Assembly: GCA_002633005.1 (NCBI GenBank)
Contig: NMRA01000531.1
Span: forward strand, 235,997-299,996
Direction: 5' to 3'
Length of the DNA stretch: 64,000 bases
DNA from: Phoronis australis
Lineage: Eukaryota > Animalia > Phoronida
Position numbers and translations under genes: made by a program. Positions 63,585-64,000 of the stretch are shown one piece after another. The first letter of the stretch is position 1, and each line of letters opens with the position of its first letter. Below the pieces are notes generated by a model. The model had not been told where the DNA came from, ran no database searches, and saw only the letters and a list, made by a program, of their open reading frames with translations.

Positions 63585-63930
63585 ACCATGTCACCCCCTA
63601 GTGTGATTTTTTGCACCTGCGGCTGAATCTCAACCCTTAGGAGATGCATTTTTCTGGAGCCGACGACATGGTAATAACTGTCGAACTGATCCAAATACCA
63701 CTGTGCCCCCTTAGTGGCAAACTGTTTGTTTACATTTGCCTTAAGTTTGTATCTTTGGAGTTCATTTTAGCATTTCCATGAAATTCGGTGAATATGTTTC
63801 AAATAAGAACACAACAACGCCTTACCATTTTCGGACAGATGTGATGTTTTCTGTGCTACCTGGTGACCATTTTTTTACTTTTGCATTGTTTTTTTGGCGT
63901 CCGCCTCCCTATCTACCATACCGCTTAAAG
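63585..63930 (-). repeat. Further fragment of the ccccctagtggc repeat family
   Basis: caccccctagtg, gccccttagtggcaa and catgaaattcggtgaatatg motifs, as in the other copies. Confidence 0.5.
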
Positions 63931-64000
63931 CATCAGTATGACAATTTACAGACCAAAGGGCCATGAGAGTGACATTCAGACGGGTCCGATTATTTTGTCA

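Overview
This is AT-rich, intron-rich animal (most likely marine invertebrate) nuclear DNA from a gapped draft assembly, not a prokaryotic locus, and most short ORFs in the track are spurious. It holds three host-gene segments. (1) The last four coding exons of a CD2AP/CIN85 (SH3KBP1, cindr-like) adaptor lie on + (1933-6127), with a proline-rich region, a capping-protein-interaction motif and a C-terminal coiled coil. (2) A convergent - strand gene (exons 23001-11911) encodes a death domain ending in a PDZ-type ESSV tail, probably the cytoplasmic end of a death receptor. (3) A six-exon, multiply frameshifted MAEA (GID9) fragment on - (40173-29337) stops at a U12-type donor. The rest is a dense, nested collection of transposons: a decayed DIRS tyrosine-recombinase retroelement with an apparent spliceosomal intron at the gag/pol junction, a decayed ISL2EU element (AT TSD, THAP and YqaJ remnants), four Kolobok derivatives of two families (TTAA TSD, THAP, P2X7-C-terminus-like second ORF), two copies of a CATG-ended element with 2-bp TSDs, Penelope, RTE, RNase H and L1/Tx1 LINE fragments, several MITEs, and a 32-bp satellite with a 434-bp 14-mer higher-order repeat. 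All calls come from manual reading and translation; no database searches were run.
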